From Bacteroidia bacterium (GTDB taxonomy: Bacteria > Bacteroidota > Bacteroidia > Palsa-965): DNA of 48,080 nt. A program made the position numbers and the translations under genes. Below, piece after piece: positions 1-9,403 of the stretch; the stretch's first letter is position 1; the number at the start of each line of letters is the position of its first letter. The stretch is from contig DATJEX010000040.1 of assembly GCA_035496135.1 (NCBI GenBank), positions 1-48,080 on the forward strand. Direction: 5' to 3'. The notes beneath the pieces were generated by a model. That model made no database searches. It was given only the letters and a program-made list of their open reading frames with translations, and was not told the DNA's origin.

Positions 1-1
1 G

Positions 2-592
2 CGTCATCCTGCTTATTCCAACTACCCTTTGCTTTGCGTGAGTTACGGGCAGGCGGAGAATTTCTGCGCGTGGCTGACAAAAGCCTATAGCGCGATGCCT
101 GACGCCAAATACAAGAATGTCAATTTCGATCTGCCGACAAAAGATCAATGGATGAGCGCGGCACGAGGAGGCCAGACTTATCCAGTATTTCCGTGGGGCG
201 GATATACCATGATGGATAAAGCAGGCAAGTGGCGGGCGAATTTTGTCCCGATGGATGATGGGTCGGCGCACCGCGAATATTTTCCGAGGATCACTCCGCG
301 CGGCGATACGATCATTGACCGGTATTATGTGTGCGATCCGGGTGACATCACGGGTTCGTTGAATGATGACGCCGATTTTACCGCTCCTGCAAATGCATTC
401 GCGCCGAATGATTATGGTTTGTACAACATGGCCGGCAATGCAGAAGAAATGGTGAAGGAAAAAGGAATTTCAAAAGGAGGGAGCTGGAGAGATCCCGGAT
501 ATTATCTGCGTATCAAAACCGAAGAAAATTATCCAGACAGTATTCCCGCTTCCACGGAAAGAGGATTCCGCATCAGGATGACAGCGAATTAA
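2..592 (+). CDS. Formylglycine-generating-enzyme (SUMF1/FGE-sulfatase) domain protein, C-terminal part; the 5' end lies outside the window
   Basis: The frame is open from the window edge. The C-terminal motifs are typical of FGE-sulfatase domains: YGLYNMAGNAEEMV, GGSWRD, RGFRI. Stop codon is TAA at 590-592. Confidence 0.7.
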   Translation, partial: RHPAYSNYPLLCVSYGQAENFCAWLTKAYSAMPDAKYKNVNFDLPTKDQWMSAARGGQTYPVFPWGGYTMMDKAGKWRANFVPMDDGSAHREYFPRITPRGDTIIDRYYVCDPGDITGSLNDDADFTAPANAFAPNDYGLYNMAGNAEEMVKEKGISKGGSWRDPGYYLRIKTEENYPDSIPASTERGFRIRMTAN

Positions 593-758
593 TAATTAAT
601 ACTGCATAATTGATAATTGTATTCCCGGAGTGGACTGTGAGTACTTTCAAATTATTTCGCTAACAGGCGATGAAGATTTTTGACCGCCGGTACCTGCGCA
701 TTATTAATTATCAATTATTCATTGTTAATTGGATTGGTTTTTGATGCTTATTCCCGCT

Positions 759-766
759 TAACTTTG
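759..766 (+). promoter_or_regulatory. Bacteroidota -7 promoter box TAACTTTG
   Basis: Exact match to TAnnTTTG, 5 nt upstream of the ATG at 772. A possible -33 TTTG lies at 740-743. Confidence 0.45.
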
Positions 767-771
767 TTTTA

Positions 772-3700
772 ATGGCGGTATCCTTTTCGTTGAAGAAAAT
801 CCTTTCCGGGCGTTTCAGCCTGCTCATCATCGCATTACTTGCTTTCACATTCGCTTATCTTCTCACCTTTTCCTTCGCCGAAAAAAAATCCATTCCCACC
901 ATCGATGGATTTGAAACGACACTGCACCAGAAGGAAAAAGAGGTGCAGACCGAGATCGACACGCTCATCCGTTTCGCGCAGGGAAAAGATTATGAAACGG
1001 TTTTCCGTTTGCGCCCCGATCGCTATAATACACTCTTCAAGGAGCAGGGCCTCGTCCTCTACATTTACCAGGGCGATTCACTGAAATTCTGGAGCGACAA
1101 TTCCGTGGCGGTCGAGAATTACATGAAGGAGGTTTGTCTCGACGACCGGATCGTGGAATTGAAAAATGGTTGGTTCGAGACGATCCACAAGACAGATAAT
1201 TTCGGAAGGACGTACATCGGTTTGATCCTGCTCAAGAATAATTATTCGTATCAGAATCAATACCTCGTCAATTCCTTCCAGCAGGATTTTCAATTACCGC
1301 CCGAAACGGAAATCGAGATCAATAAACCGGGTTCGCCCAATGCGATCAAAGCTTCCGACGGCACTTATCTTTTTTCACTTGAGTTCAAATCTTCCGGTCC
1401 GCCCGAAACACCGATGTGGCAGACCACGCTGAATCTCATCCTGAACATCACCGGATTCATCCTGCTGTTGCTTTTCTTCAATGCGGAATGCAACGGGATC
1501 GCCGGGAATGTCGGGCGAAACTGGTCGCTTGTGATCTACATCGCTGTTGTTGTGCTGCTGCGATTCCTTTCCATTAAAATTCATTTCCCGTCCTCTTTCT
1601 ATGATCTCTCGCTCTTCGGCCCGAAGGATTACGGCGACGCCGATTCATTCTGGAATTCCAATCTCGGAGATTTTCTCATCAACAGTTTGCTGCTGATCAT
1701 TCTCGCGTGGAAGACCACACGTCATCTTCGCGAATGGAAAATTCCGGCCGAACTGAAAGTATGGAAACGCATCGGCGCGGGACTCATTCTCTTCCTTGTT
1801 CCTGCTTTGTGTACGTGGTCCATCAACAGCATGATCATCGGCCTCGTTAAGAATTCCGACATCTCGTTCAACGTGAATGACATTTTCGGCCTTTCACCTT
1901 ACAGTTATCTCGGATTCGTGATCATCGCATTGTTGCTCGCGGCGTTCTTTCTTGTAGCTGATCGCTGTGTGCGCATTTTCCAGCAGGTGGTTCCTTCGAA
2001 TGGGATGCGGTGGAACCTGCTCATCGCCGCCGGACTCATTCAAACCGGAATTCTGCATTTATTCGGTTACGTCGATCTCATCGCCGTACTCTGGCCACTC
2101 GCTGTTTTTCTCATCCTGATGGTTTGGAGAAATGATCCGAATGAAAAAACATATTCCTTCTCGCTCATTGTTTTTCTCGTTTTCGTTTTCGCGTTCTACA
2201 CCACGCACATGCTCCTGAAGCAAAGCCTGCATAAGGAACACGACAGCCGCGAATTGTTCGCCGAGAAAATGGCCGCTGAACAGGATCCGATCGCTGAACA
2301 TTTATTCACTGAATTCGAAAATAAATTACAGCACGATTCACTTTTGCTGCTTTGGTCCAAAACCGGAACTGCCGATTTCAGTGCGTTCGAGAAAAGAGTG
2401 CAGCAACAATACTTCAGTGGTTATTGGGACAAATATGAAACACGCGTCACCTACTTCGATACGATGTGTACGCCGATGCTCAAATCGAATTCGCCGAATT
2501 CCGATAACATCACGAAGTATGATGAACTCATCGAGCACGAAGGTGTTCCGACATTCAGCAATAATTTTTATTTCCTCAACAGCAACACCGGGCGTATCAG
2601 TTACCTGGTGAAACTCATTCTGCAGGATCCCGCGCATGAATCATTTCTCGGACAGGGTACGCTCATCGTGGAACTCGATTCGAAACTGCTCTCGGAAGAG
2701 ATCGGTTTTCCGGAATTACTGCTCGATCGTGAACTCGGCGTGAATCAGCAGCTCGTCAATTATTCCTACGCCAAATATTCAAATGGACAACTCGTGGGAC
2801 ATTCCGGAAAATTCCAGTACCCGCTTACGTCGCAACAATACGGGGCGAAAGGTCCGCAGAGTACATTCCTCGAAACAGGAAGCTGGTGTCACCTCATTTA
2901 TCGCCCCGATGATTCAACGATCGTGATCCTCAGTAAACCGGAAGAAGGATGGCTGAGCATGACGACGAGCTTCTCGTACATCTTTGCCATTTTCAGTCTG
3001 ATGCTCATTCTCGCTTTGTCCATCCGGCAGATCGTCATGGTCGGTTTCACTTTTTCGAATCTCAGTTTCAAATACCGGATCCAGCTCGTACTCGTGATCA
3101 TCGTTCTTGTTTCACTCGCGCTTTTCGGTGGCGGATCCATTTATTACATCCGGCAGCAATACCAGGCGAAGAACGTGGAGATCATTGATGAAAAAGGACA
3201 TTCGGTGGTGCTCGAAGTGATCGATGATCTGAAGGACAGCAAACTCACGCCGCCGTATCGTGATTATGCTACTTACGTTTTGAAAAAACTCTCGAATACA
3301 TTTTTCACCGATATCAACCTGTACGACGCTGAAGGAAATCTTTATGCTTCTTCGCGCCAGAAAATTTTTGACGAAGGACTGGTGAGCAGAAAAATGAACC
3401 CGGAATCCTATCTGCAACTCACGATACGCAAAGAATCGGAATACGTGCACGACGAGAACATCGGCAACCTTGCTTATCTCTCGGCGTATTTCCCGATGAA
3501 AGATCAGAACGGTGCGGTGGTCGCTTATGTCAATCTCCCGTATTTCGCGAAGCAAAGCGATCTGCAGAAAGAAATTTCTTCCTTCCTCGTGGCGCTCATC
3601 AATGTGTATGTGCTGCTCTTCGCATTATCTGTTCTCGCGGCGATCTTCATTTCCAATTATCTCACGCATCCATTGCGGTTGATCCAGGAAAAAATGCGCC

Positions 3701-4509
3701 AGGTGAAACTCGGAAGAAAGTCGGACCAGATCGAATGGAAAAGCAAGGATGAGATCGGAAGCCTCGTGGGCGAATACAACCGCATGATCACCGAACTCGC
3801 GGCGAGCGCGGAATTGCTGGCGCAGAGCGAGCGTGAGAGCGCGTGGAGGGAAATGGCGAAACAGGTCGCGCATGAAATTAAAAATCCGCTTACGCCAATG
3901 CGCCTGAGCATCCAGTTGCTTGAGCGCGCGTATCGCGACAAAGCGCCTGACATCGATCAGAAAGTGGAACGATTGACGAAGACGATGCTCGAACAGATCG
4001 ACACGCTGGCTTCCATCGCGAGTGCATTCTCCGATTTTGCAAAAATGCCGAAACCTTCGAATGAAGAAATGGATCTTCGTTCACTGATGAAAAATGCGAT
4101 CGATCTTTTTCACGAGACCACGGATACCTGCGATTTCAATTTCGAGGATAATAAGATCGACAAGGCGATCATCTTCGCCGATCGGGAACAATTGCTGCGT
4201 GTGTTCAATAATCTTTTCCGCAACGCGATCCAGGCGATCCCCGAAGACCGCAAAGGAAAGATCGATGTGACGCTGACGAAACAGGGAAGTAATTTCATCG
4301 TGGCAGTGAAAGACAACGGCGCGGGAATAGCGGACGAAGTGATCGATAAGATTTTTGTTCCGAATTTCACGACGAAGACAACCGGAATGGGACTCGGGCT
4401 TGCGATGGTGAAGAACATCGTGGAGAGTTGCAACGGAACGATCTGGTTCGAGACAGCGAAGGAAAAGGGAACGACGTTCTATGTGAGTTTTCCGGAATAC
4501 ATTAGTTAA
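772..4509 (+). CDS. Large multi-pass membrane sensor histidine kinase (HAMP-like linker, HisKA, HATPase_c)
   Basis: 1245-aa ORF with many hydrophobic segments in the N-terminal 950 aa. It carries an H-box (HEIKNPLTPM), N-box (NLFRNAIQA), G1 (DNGAGI) and G2 (GMGLGLAMV). Confidence 0.85.
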   Translation: MAVSFSLKKILSGRFSLLIIALLAFTFAYLLTFSFAEKKSIPTIDGFETTLHQKEKEVQTEIDTLIRFAQGKDYETVFRLRPDRYNTLFKEQGLVLYIYQGDSLKFWSDNSVAVENYMKEVCLDDRIVELKNGWFETIHKTDNFGRTYIGLILLKNNYSYQNQYLVNSFQQDFQLPPETEIEINKPGSPNAIKASDGTYLFSLEFKSSGPPETPMWQTTLNLILNITGFILLLLFFNAECNGIAGNVGRNWSLVIYIAVVVLLRFLSIKIHFPSSFYDLSLFGPKDYGDADSFWNSNLGDFLINSLLLIILAWKTTRHLREWKIPAELKVWKRIGAGLILFLVPALCTWSINSMIIGLVKNSDISFNVNDIFGLSPYSYLGFVIIALLLAAFFLVADRCVRIFQQVVPSNGMRWNLLIAAGLIQTGILHLFGYVDLIAVLWPLAVFLILMVWRNDPNEKTYSFSLIVFLVFVFAFYTTHMLLKQSLHKEHDSRELFAEKMAAEQDPIAEHLFTEFENKLQHDSLLLLWSKTGTADFSAFEKRVQQQYFSGYWDKYETRVTYFDTMCTPMLKSNSPNSDNITKYDELIEHEGVPTFSNNFYFLNSNTGRISYLVKLILQDPAHESFLGQGTLIVELDSKLLSEEIGFPELLLDRELGVNQQLVNYSYAKYSNGQLVGHSGKFQYPLTSQQYGAKGPQSTFLETGSWCHLIYRPDDSTIVILSKPEEGWLSMTTSFSYIFAIFSLMLILALSIRQIVMVGFTFSNLSFKYRIQLVLVIIVLVSLALFGGGSIYYIRQQYQAKNVEIIDEKGHSVVLEVIDDLKDSKLTPPYRDYATYVLKKLSNTFFTDINLYDAEGNLYASSRQKIFDEGLVSRKMNPESYLQLTIRKESEYVHDENIGNLAYLSAYFPMKDQNGAVVAYVNLPYFAKQSDLQKEISSFLVALINVYVLLFALSVLAAIFISNYLTHPLRLIQEKMRQVKLGRKSDQIEWKSKDEIGSLVGEYNRMITELAASAELLAQSERESAWREMAKQVAHEIKNPLTPMRLSIQLLERAYRDKAPDIDQKVERLTKTMLEQIDTLASIASAFSDFAKMPKPSNEEMDLRSLMKNAIDLFHETTDTCDFNFEDNKIDKAIIFADREQLLRVFNNLFRNAIQAIPEDRKGKIDVTLTKQGSNFIVAVKDNGAGIADEVIDKIFVPNFTTKTTGMGLGLAMVKNIVESCNGTIWFETAKEKGTTFYVSFPEYIS

Positions 4510-4559
4510 TAGTTAATGGCTAATAGTTAATAGTTAATGGCTAATAGTTAATAGTTGCC
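4504..4559. repeat. Tandem heptamer / 21-mer repeat (AGTTAAT AGTTAAT GGCTAAT)x2.6
   Basis: Read directly: agttaat agttaat ggctaat agttaat agttaat ggctaat agttaat agttgcc. It starts inside the stop codon region of the kinase gene. Confidence 0.8.
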
Positions 4560-4585
4560 CATTGCGGGAAATAAATATTCGATCG

Positions 4586-4924
4586 ATGAAAAACTATTTG
4601 TTGATCCTTGTATTATCTGTTGCGTCACTCCGAATTCACGCCCAATCCGACACGCTGAAATTCACGCGTGCAATGGCGGAACAGAAAGCCAAGCAGCATG
4701 GCTGTTATCACGACAATCCCGATTGGCACAATAAAGTTTACTACGATGTTCTGAAGAACAGCTGGAGAGTGATTTCTTACAAGACCTACTCTCCGCAATG
4801 GTGGAGATCAAGAAGCAAAAAGTCGCGGTTTGAATTCAAGATCCATTCCATCGAGATAGATGCTGCTACGGGAAAGATCCTTCATCACACACGGGTCAGA
4901 TCAGGCGCAATGCCGGATATGTAG
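4586..4924 (+). CDS. Hypothetical secreted protein
   Basis: ATG at 4586 gives a signal-peptide-like N-terminus (MKNYLLILVLSVASLRIHAQ). The upstream TTG at 4562 is less likely. Confidence 0.5.
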   Translation: MKNYLLILVLSVASLRIHAQSDTLKFTRAMAEQKAKQHGCYHDNPDWHNKVYYDVLKNSWRVISYKTYSPQWWRSRSKKSRFEFKIHSIEIDAATGKILHHTRVRSGAMPDM

Positions 4925-5125
4925 TAGAAAATCATTTGGTGATAAATAAAAAAAGAGACACATCGCTGCATCTCCTCTATGTTGTTTGGTTTCTTATGTT
5001 TCTTATTTCACCCGAGTCCAGGTGTTCATTGATGAAGAAACTCAAGCAACCAACAAACACAAGCAACCAATTTCCCGCCTACTGCCTCCTGCTTACCGCC
5101 TCCTGTGCGCCGGCATGTGCGAAGG

Positions 5126-5572
5126 TTAGCCTCTTCCGCCTGTAGCAGGAAAATATTTCGCTTTCAGCATATCATCATAATCATCGGCATAATAACCGAC
5201 ACGCTTAAACGTGTTCATCATCTCATTCTGATCGAGTCCGTCGAGTTCACGGATGGTTTTGATGTACGCTGCGTTTTCGAAAACCGTGAATCCTGTTCCG
5301 TACAGTTTGTGATTGATCGAAAGAAGTTCGTGGAAGAATTCTTCTTTTCGGTCAGCCGGAATATTCACCACCGGCGACATGATCTGCAGGTAGCCTGCTT
5401 CGATGAAATTCCCGTTCTGGTCTTTCGATTGGAATACGTCGATCCAGACATTCGCTGAACCAAGCATCATATTCCATTGTCCGGGCGCTTGCCCGCGGCA
5501 GAGTTTCGGATCCACTTTGAATTCAGTGATCACGCGTTCTACCATGTCGTAGTAGGTTTGTAAGTTGAACAT
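5126..5572 (-). CDS. YbjN-like (type III secretion chaperone-like fold) hypothetical protein
   Basis: ORF on the minus strand with an internal ATG at 5572 (MFNLQTYYDMVERV...). The overall pattern resembles the YbjN/DUF family, recalled from memory only. Confidence 0.45.
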   Translation of the reverse strand: MFNLQTYYDMVERVITEFKVDPKLCRGQAPGQWNMMLGSANVWIDVFQSKDQNGNFIEAGYLQIMSPVVNIPADRKEEFFHELLSINHKLYGTGFTVFENAAYIKTIRELDGLDQNEMMNTFKRVGYYADDYDDMLKAKYFPATGGRG

Positions 5573-5689
5573 GAGTTTGTGATTTTTTGTGTGAAGGAAC
5601 AAGGTAGAAAATTATCAGTAACTGGTAAATGCCCTTGGAGTTTTTAGGTAGTTTAGAAGAAGGATCCTTATCCCCGAAATCGATCATTC

Positions 5690-6889
5690 ATGATGCTGAA
5701 AAAGTGTGTTCTGCTGGCTTTCGTTGTGACGTCTGTTGTTTTGCGCTCACAGCCGCTGCCGGCTTTCGTCACCTCTGAGATCTCTGACGGAAAGAATGAA
5801 TTCATCTTGCGGGTGGCGATAGACAGTATGTCGGAAACGTGCGTTCTGGATTCCATCCTGGTTTCCCCTGTTGATCATCCTGAAAAAAAACAAAGCCTGA
5901 AAAATGCCGGTTCTTTTTTTTCAGATGACAGGGCATCCATGATGGAAGACAGTGATTACTTGCGATGGGGGAATAAATATTTTCTACAGGACATCAACAT
6001 GGATGGGCATGCAGATGTCTGCGCTGTTCATTACAGTTATGATGAAGAAGAACACCTGAATACGTTCCGTTACTATTGGGTTTATGATCCGCGGACGGGC
6101 ATTTTTTTGCCCGACACCCGGTTCTCCTCTCTTGTTAACCCGCTTATCGATGCAGGAAACAAAACCATTCTTGACCCGGTGTTTTACGATGACAGCTGTT
6201 CCATAGACAAGTATCTATTGGCCGATGATGTTCTTACCCTCAAAGCAACACGCTGCATTGGGCATACCGATTATTCTACGTTTGATTCTCTTCTGTTCAT
6301 CGTTCCTCATAACGATGGTGGCTGCAATGATGATCATCAATTCACTACAACGGATCACATCAATTATTTTCTTCCATACGATGATGCAGATCTCCTGGAT
6401 GGAGGTTTTACCATCATTCCGCAATTCCCATTTGAAAAAATAGTTATCACAGAAAATTTCACACTCGCTTATGGAGCAAAAGTTTCGGAAACCGAAGGCT
6501 GGCTGTTTTATGATACCGCGTTCAGTGACAGTGTGAATAAACACACCTGTTTCTCCTATTCACCAACGAAAACGCTGAAGAATGATGGGTGGTTCACTTA
6601 TGAAACAGGTCCGACTCCAACATCAGAAATTGCCACGCATTGCCCCAAACCAAAAGTCAACTACAAAACTGCGGACTATGCATTGCGCAAAGCGGCTCCT
6701 GATTTCTACGCCTTCGTTTATCAGCCGGATAATTATTCCGACGATGACCCGAAAAGAAAAAAACAGGAAGAACTGGATCACAGCACGCAATTGTATTATT
6801 ACATGGAGAATATCACGATCACTATTTACAGCAACGGGCAGGTGACAAGAAAGGTTCTTCATCTCTATGTCCGGCATGGGGAATGCTAA
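5690..6889 (+). CDS. Hypothetical secreted protein
   Basis: 399-aa ORF with an N-terminal signal-like segment (MMLKKCVLLAFVVTSVVL). It has an FG-GAP/VCBS-like DINMDGHADV motif. Confidence 0.5.
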   Translation: MMLKKCVLLAFVVTSVVLRSQPLPAFVTSEISDGKNEFILRVAIDSMSETCVLDSILVSPVDHPEKKQSLKNAGSFFSDDRASMMEDSDYLRWGNKYFLQDINMDGHADVCAVHYSYDEEEHLNTFRYYWVYDPRTGIFLPDTRFSSLVNPLIDAGNKTILDPVFYDDSCSIDKYLLADDVLTLKATRCIGHTDYSTFDSLLFIVPHNDGGCNDDHQFTTTDHINYFLPYDDADLLDGGFTIIPQFPFEKIVITENFTLAYGAKVSETEGWLFYDTAFSDSVNKHTCFSYSPTKTLKNDGWFTYETGPTPTSEIATHCPKPKVNYKTADYALRKAAPDFYAFVYQPDNYSDDDPKRKKQEELDHSTQLYYYMENITITIYSNGQVTRKVLHLYVRHGEC

Positions 6890-6895
6890 AAGGTG

Positions 6896-7015
6896 ATAAG
6901 GGATTGGGGGATTAAGGTGTTCAGACTGAACTTATGATCCTGATTCATGCATAATATTTTCGTGATTATCCTCTTACCCGAATACCTCAATACCTTAATA
7001 CCCCAAACCTCTTAT
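6896..7015. repeat. Imperfect inverted repeat (about 23-bp arms, about 73-nt spacer)
   Basis: Left arm ataagggattgggggattaaggt (6896-6918). Right arm accttaataccccaaacctcttat (6992-7015). The reverse complements match except for a few mismatches and one indel. Confidence 0.6.
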
Positions 7016-7046
7016 TTCGTAGTTTAGCCATTCGATAACACGACCC

Positions 7047-7973
7047 ATGATAGAAGTCCAGGATCTCAGAAAAACGTACGACAAGAACGTCGCGCTCAAC
7101 GGCATCAGTTTCTCCATCAAAGACGGGGAGTTCTACGGGCTGCTCGGTCCGAATGGCGCGGGAAAGACCACCACCATTTCCATCATCAGCACGATCCTCA
7201 AACCCGATTCGGGAAAGATCATGATCAATGGAATGGATCTCTCTTCGAACAATATCGCGAGTAAAAAAATAATCGGGGTCGTTCCTCAGGAGATCGCGTT
7301 GTATGACAAACTCACCGCGCAGCAGAATCTCGAATTCTGGGGATCGCTTTACAATGTTGAAAAATCATTGCTCAACAAACGCATCGACGAGACACTCGAT
7401 CTGCTCGGGCTCGCCGACCGGAAGAATGATAAGATCAAGGATTATTCGGGCGGAATGAAACGCCGCATCAATATCGCATCCGCATTACTGCACGAACCGA
7501 AAATTCTTTTCATGGACGAACCGACAGTCGGTATCGATCCGCAATCGAGAAATCTCATTTTCGAAGTAGTGGAAAAACTCCATAAGAAAGGGATGACGAT
7601 CGTGTACACCACGCACTACATGGAAGAAGCGGAACGTTTCTGTGACCGCATCGGCATCATTGATAAAGGAGAGATCATCGTGCAGGGAACACTCGGCGAA
7701 TTGCGCGAGTTCAGCAAGATGAAAGAATCCATTATGGTAAAACTGAATCAGAATGGTGCGGAAACGGAAGAGAAGATCAAAAAGAATTTCAAAGGCGATT
7801 ACACGCTCAACGGAACAGAACTCATGGTGACGAGCGATAACATCAGGGCCGATCTGCCGAAAGTCGTGATGCAGTGCGGCGAACTCGGGCTCGACCTTCA
7901 TTCCATCGACATTCAGAAAGTGAATCTCGAAACGATATTTTTAAAACTCACCGGGAAACAATTGAGGGATTAA
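7047..7973 (+). CDS. ABC transporter ATP-binding protein
   Basis: Walker A (GPNGAGKTT), ABC signature (SGGMKRR) and Walker B (ILFMDEPT). Confidence 0.9.
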   Translation: MIEVQDLRKTYDKNVALNGISFSIKDGEFYGLLGPNGAGKTTTISIISTILKPDSGKIMINGMDLSSNNIASKKIIGVVPQEIALYDKLTAQQNLEFWGSLYNVEKSLLNKRIDETLDLLGLADRKNDKIKDYSGGMKRRINIASALLHEPKILFMDEPTVGIDPQSRNLIFEVVEKLHKKGMTIVYTTHYMEEAERFCDRIGIIDKGEIIVQGTLGELREFSKMKESIMVKLNQNGAETEEKIKKNFKGDYTLNGTELMVTSDNIRADLPKVVMQCGELGLDLHSIDIQKVNLETIFLKLTGKQLRD

Positions 7974-8004
7974 TTGTCACGCTTCGACAGGCTCAGCATG
8001 ACAA
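7974..8004. repeat. Short palindromic repeat, TTGTCA..CTTCGACAnGCTCAG..TGACAA family (copy 1)
   Basis: ttgtcacgcttcgacaggctcagcatgacaa. Near-identical to 11007-11039, with a partial reverse copy at 32807-32820. Confidence 0.7.
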
Positions 8005-8020
8005 TCTCTGTAAATCTGTC

Positions 8021-8080
8021 TAAATCCGTAATCTGTATTCCCTGCCTACCGGCAGGCAGGTCCGTAGTAAATCCGTAATC
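8021..8080. repeat. 13-nt direct repeats TAAATCCGTAATC flanking the palindrome CCTGCC-TACC-GGCAGG
   Basis: Direct repeat copies at 8021-8033 and 8068-8080. The palindrome is at 8041-8056. Confidence 0.65.
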
Positions 8081-8102
8081 CTCCCGCTATAAAACAATCA
8101 TC

Positions 8103-9320
8103 ATGCTAAAAATAACGCTCAAAGACATCAAGCTTTTCATCACCGACCGCAGAGCGATGTTCTTCACCTTCTTCATGCCGATCATGCTCATTTCTATTTT
8201 CGCTATGGCATTCGGTGGCGTGAAAGAGATCAACGCAAAGCCAATGAATCTTCTGATCGCCGATTTGGACCAGAGCAGGGGAAGCATCGCGCTTGTGAAC
8301 CAGATCGACTCGCTGAAGAATATTGAAGTGACGAGAATTCCCCTCGACAGCGGCCTTCGTCTCGTGCGCACGGGTGAAGAAAGTGAAATGCTCGTTTTCA
8401 AAAAAGGTTTCGGCGATTCACTGGCGAACGCGACTTCCCTTCCGATCGAAATGAAATACGATCCTTCAAAGGCGGCGGAAACCGGGATGATGCAGCAGGC
8501 TTTGATGAGCAGCCTCATGCCGATGCTCGGAAAAGATTTCATGATGAAACGTGAATTGAAAAAAGCGGAACGGATCGCCGGGCCGATGGATTCCGTTTCG
8601 AAAGCATTCATGGAAAAACAGATCGCGGCGAATTACAGCGGAAGTAATGATGAGCAAAGTCCGGTCACGATACAAATGAGTTCGGTGGAAGAAGAAAAAC
8701 AGGAGAGCCCGGGACTCATCCAGGCCGTTGCAGGAACAGCAGTGATGATGCTGCTCTTCGGAATGGGAGCCATGAGCGCGGGATTGCTCGAGGAAAAAGA
8801 GAATGGCACACTCAAACGTCTGCTCTACTCACCGATCCGTCCGTCATCCATTCTCTTCGGAAAAATGACCGCTTCCGTTCTCGTGGCATTGCTCCAGCTT
8901 TCCGTTCTTTTCCTTTATGCATCGTATGCGTTTCATCTCGATCTCGGAAAAAATGTTCCCGGGCTCATCACGATGATGGTCGCCACTTCTTTCGCGTGCG
9001 CGGGATTCGGAATGCTCATCGCTTCATTTTCCAAGACCCGTCAGCAGTCGGAATTACTTTCCCGTATCATCGTGCTTTCCATGTCGGCGATCGGTGGCAG
9101 TATGATCCCGACATTCCTGATGCCTGCATTCATGCAGAAAATTTCCCTGCTCTCCATCAACTACTGGTCCATCCAGGGATTCTACGATATCTATTGGAGA
9201 GGTTTACTTTTCACCGATCCGGCATTCCTCATGCGCCCGTTGATCCTGGTAAGCATTGGTGTGGGAATGATGATCCTGAGCCAGGCGTTCTTTAAAAAGA
9301 ATGTGCTGAAATTGGCATAA
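8103..9320 (+). CDS. ABC-2 type transporter permease
   Basis: 405-aa ORF directly after the ATPase. It has an N-terminal TM segment, a large loop, and a C-terminal cluster of 5-6 TM segments typical of ABC-2 permeases. Confidence 0.8.
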   Translation: MLKITLKDIKLFITDRRAMFFTFFMPIMLISIFAMAFGGVKEINAKPMNLLIADLDQSRGSIALVNQIDSLKNIEVTRIPLDSGLRLVRTGEESEMLVFKKGFGDSLANATSLPIEMKYDPSKAAETGMMQQALMSSLMPMLGKDFMMKRELKKAERIAGPMDSVSKAFMEKQIAANYSGSNDEQSPVTIQMSSVEEEKQESPGLIQAVAGTAVMMLLFGMGAMSAGLLEEKENGTLKRLLYSPIRPSSILFGKMTASVLVALLQLSVLFLYASYAFHLDLGKNVPGLITMMVATSFACAGFGMLIASFSKTRQQSELLSRIIVLSMSAIGGSMIPTFLMPAFMQKISLLSINYWSIQGFYDIYWRGLLFTDPAFLMRPLILVSIGVGMMILSQAFFKKNVLKLA

Positions 9321-9335
9321 ACAGTTTTCGGTTTG

Positions 9336-9390
9336 CGGTTTTCTGTTTACAGATGCATTGCTTAACGGAAAACGAGTAAACAGAAAACCG
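9336..9390. repeat. Perfect 15-bp inverted repeat hairpin (25-nt loop)
   Basis: cggttttctgtttac (9336-9350) pairs with gtaaacagaaaaccg (9376-9390). No T-tract follows, so it is not a canonical terminator. Confidence 0.75.
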
Positions 9391-9391
9391 A

Positions 9392-9399
9392 TAACTTTG
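9392..9399 (+). promoter_or_regulatory. Bacteroidota -7 promoter box TAACTTTG
   Basis: Exact TAnnTTTG match, 4 nt upstream of the ATG at 9404. Confidence 0.45.
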
Positions 9400-9403
9400 A
9401 ATC

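Noticed and set aside
606-718. A 13-bp AT-rich inverted repeat (ataattgataatt / aattatcaattat) spaced 87 nt apart, considered as a mobile-element terminus.
   Set aside because: The arms are short and of low complexity in an AT-rich spacer. There are no flanking direct repeats and no coding capacity. It may be related to the other intergenic hairpins, but the support is too weak to call.
4504-4559. A possible CRISPR array, because of regularly spaced repeats.
   Set aside because: The repeats are contiguous 7/21-nt tandem units with no unique spacers, and there are no cas genes in the window.
4936-5145. A 69-aa ORF in the gap between the secreted-protein gene and the YbjN-like gene.
   Set aside because: It starts at a non-ATG codon and runs through repeat-like words (aagcaaccaa, cgcctcctg). 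It overlaps the 3' end of the convergent gene and has no motif support.
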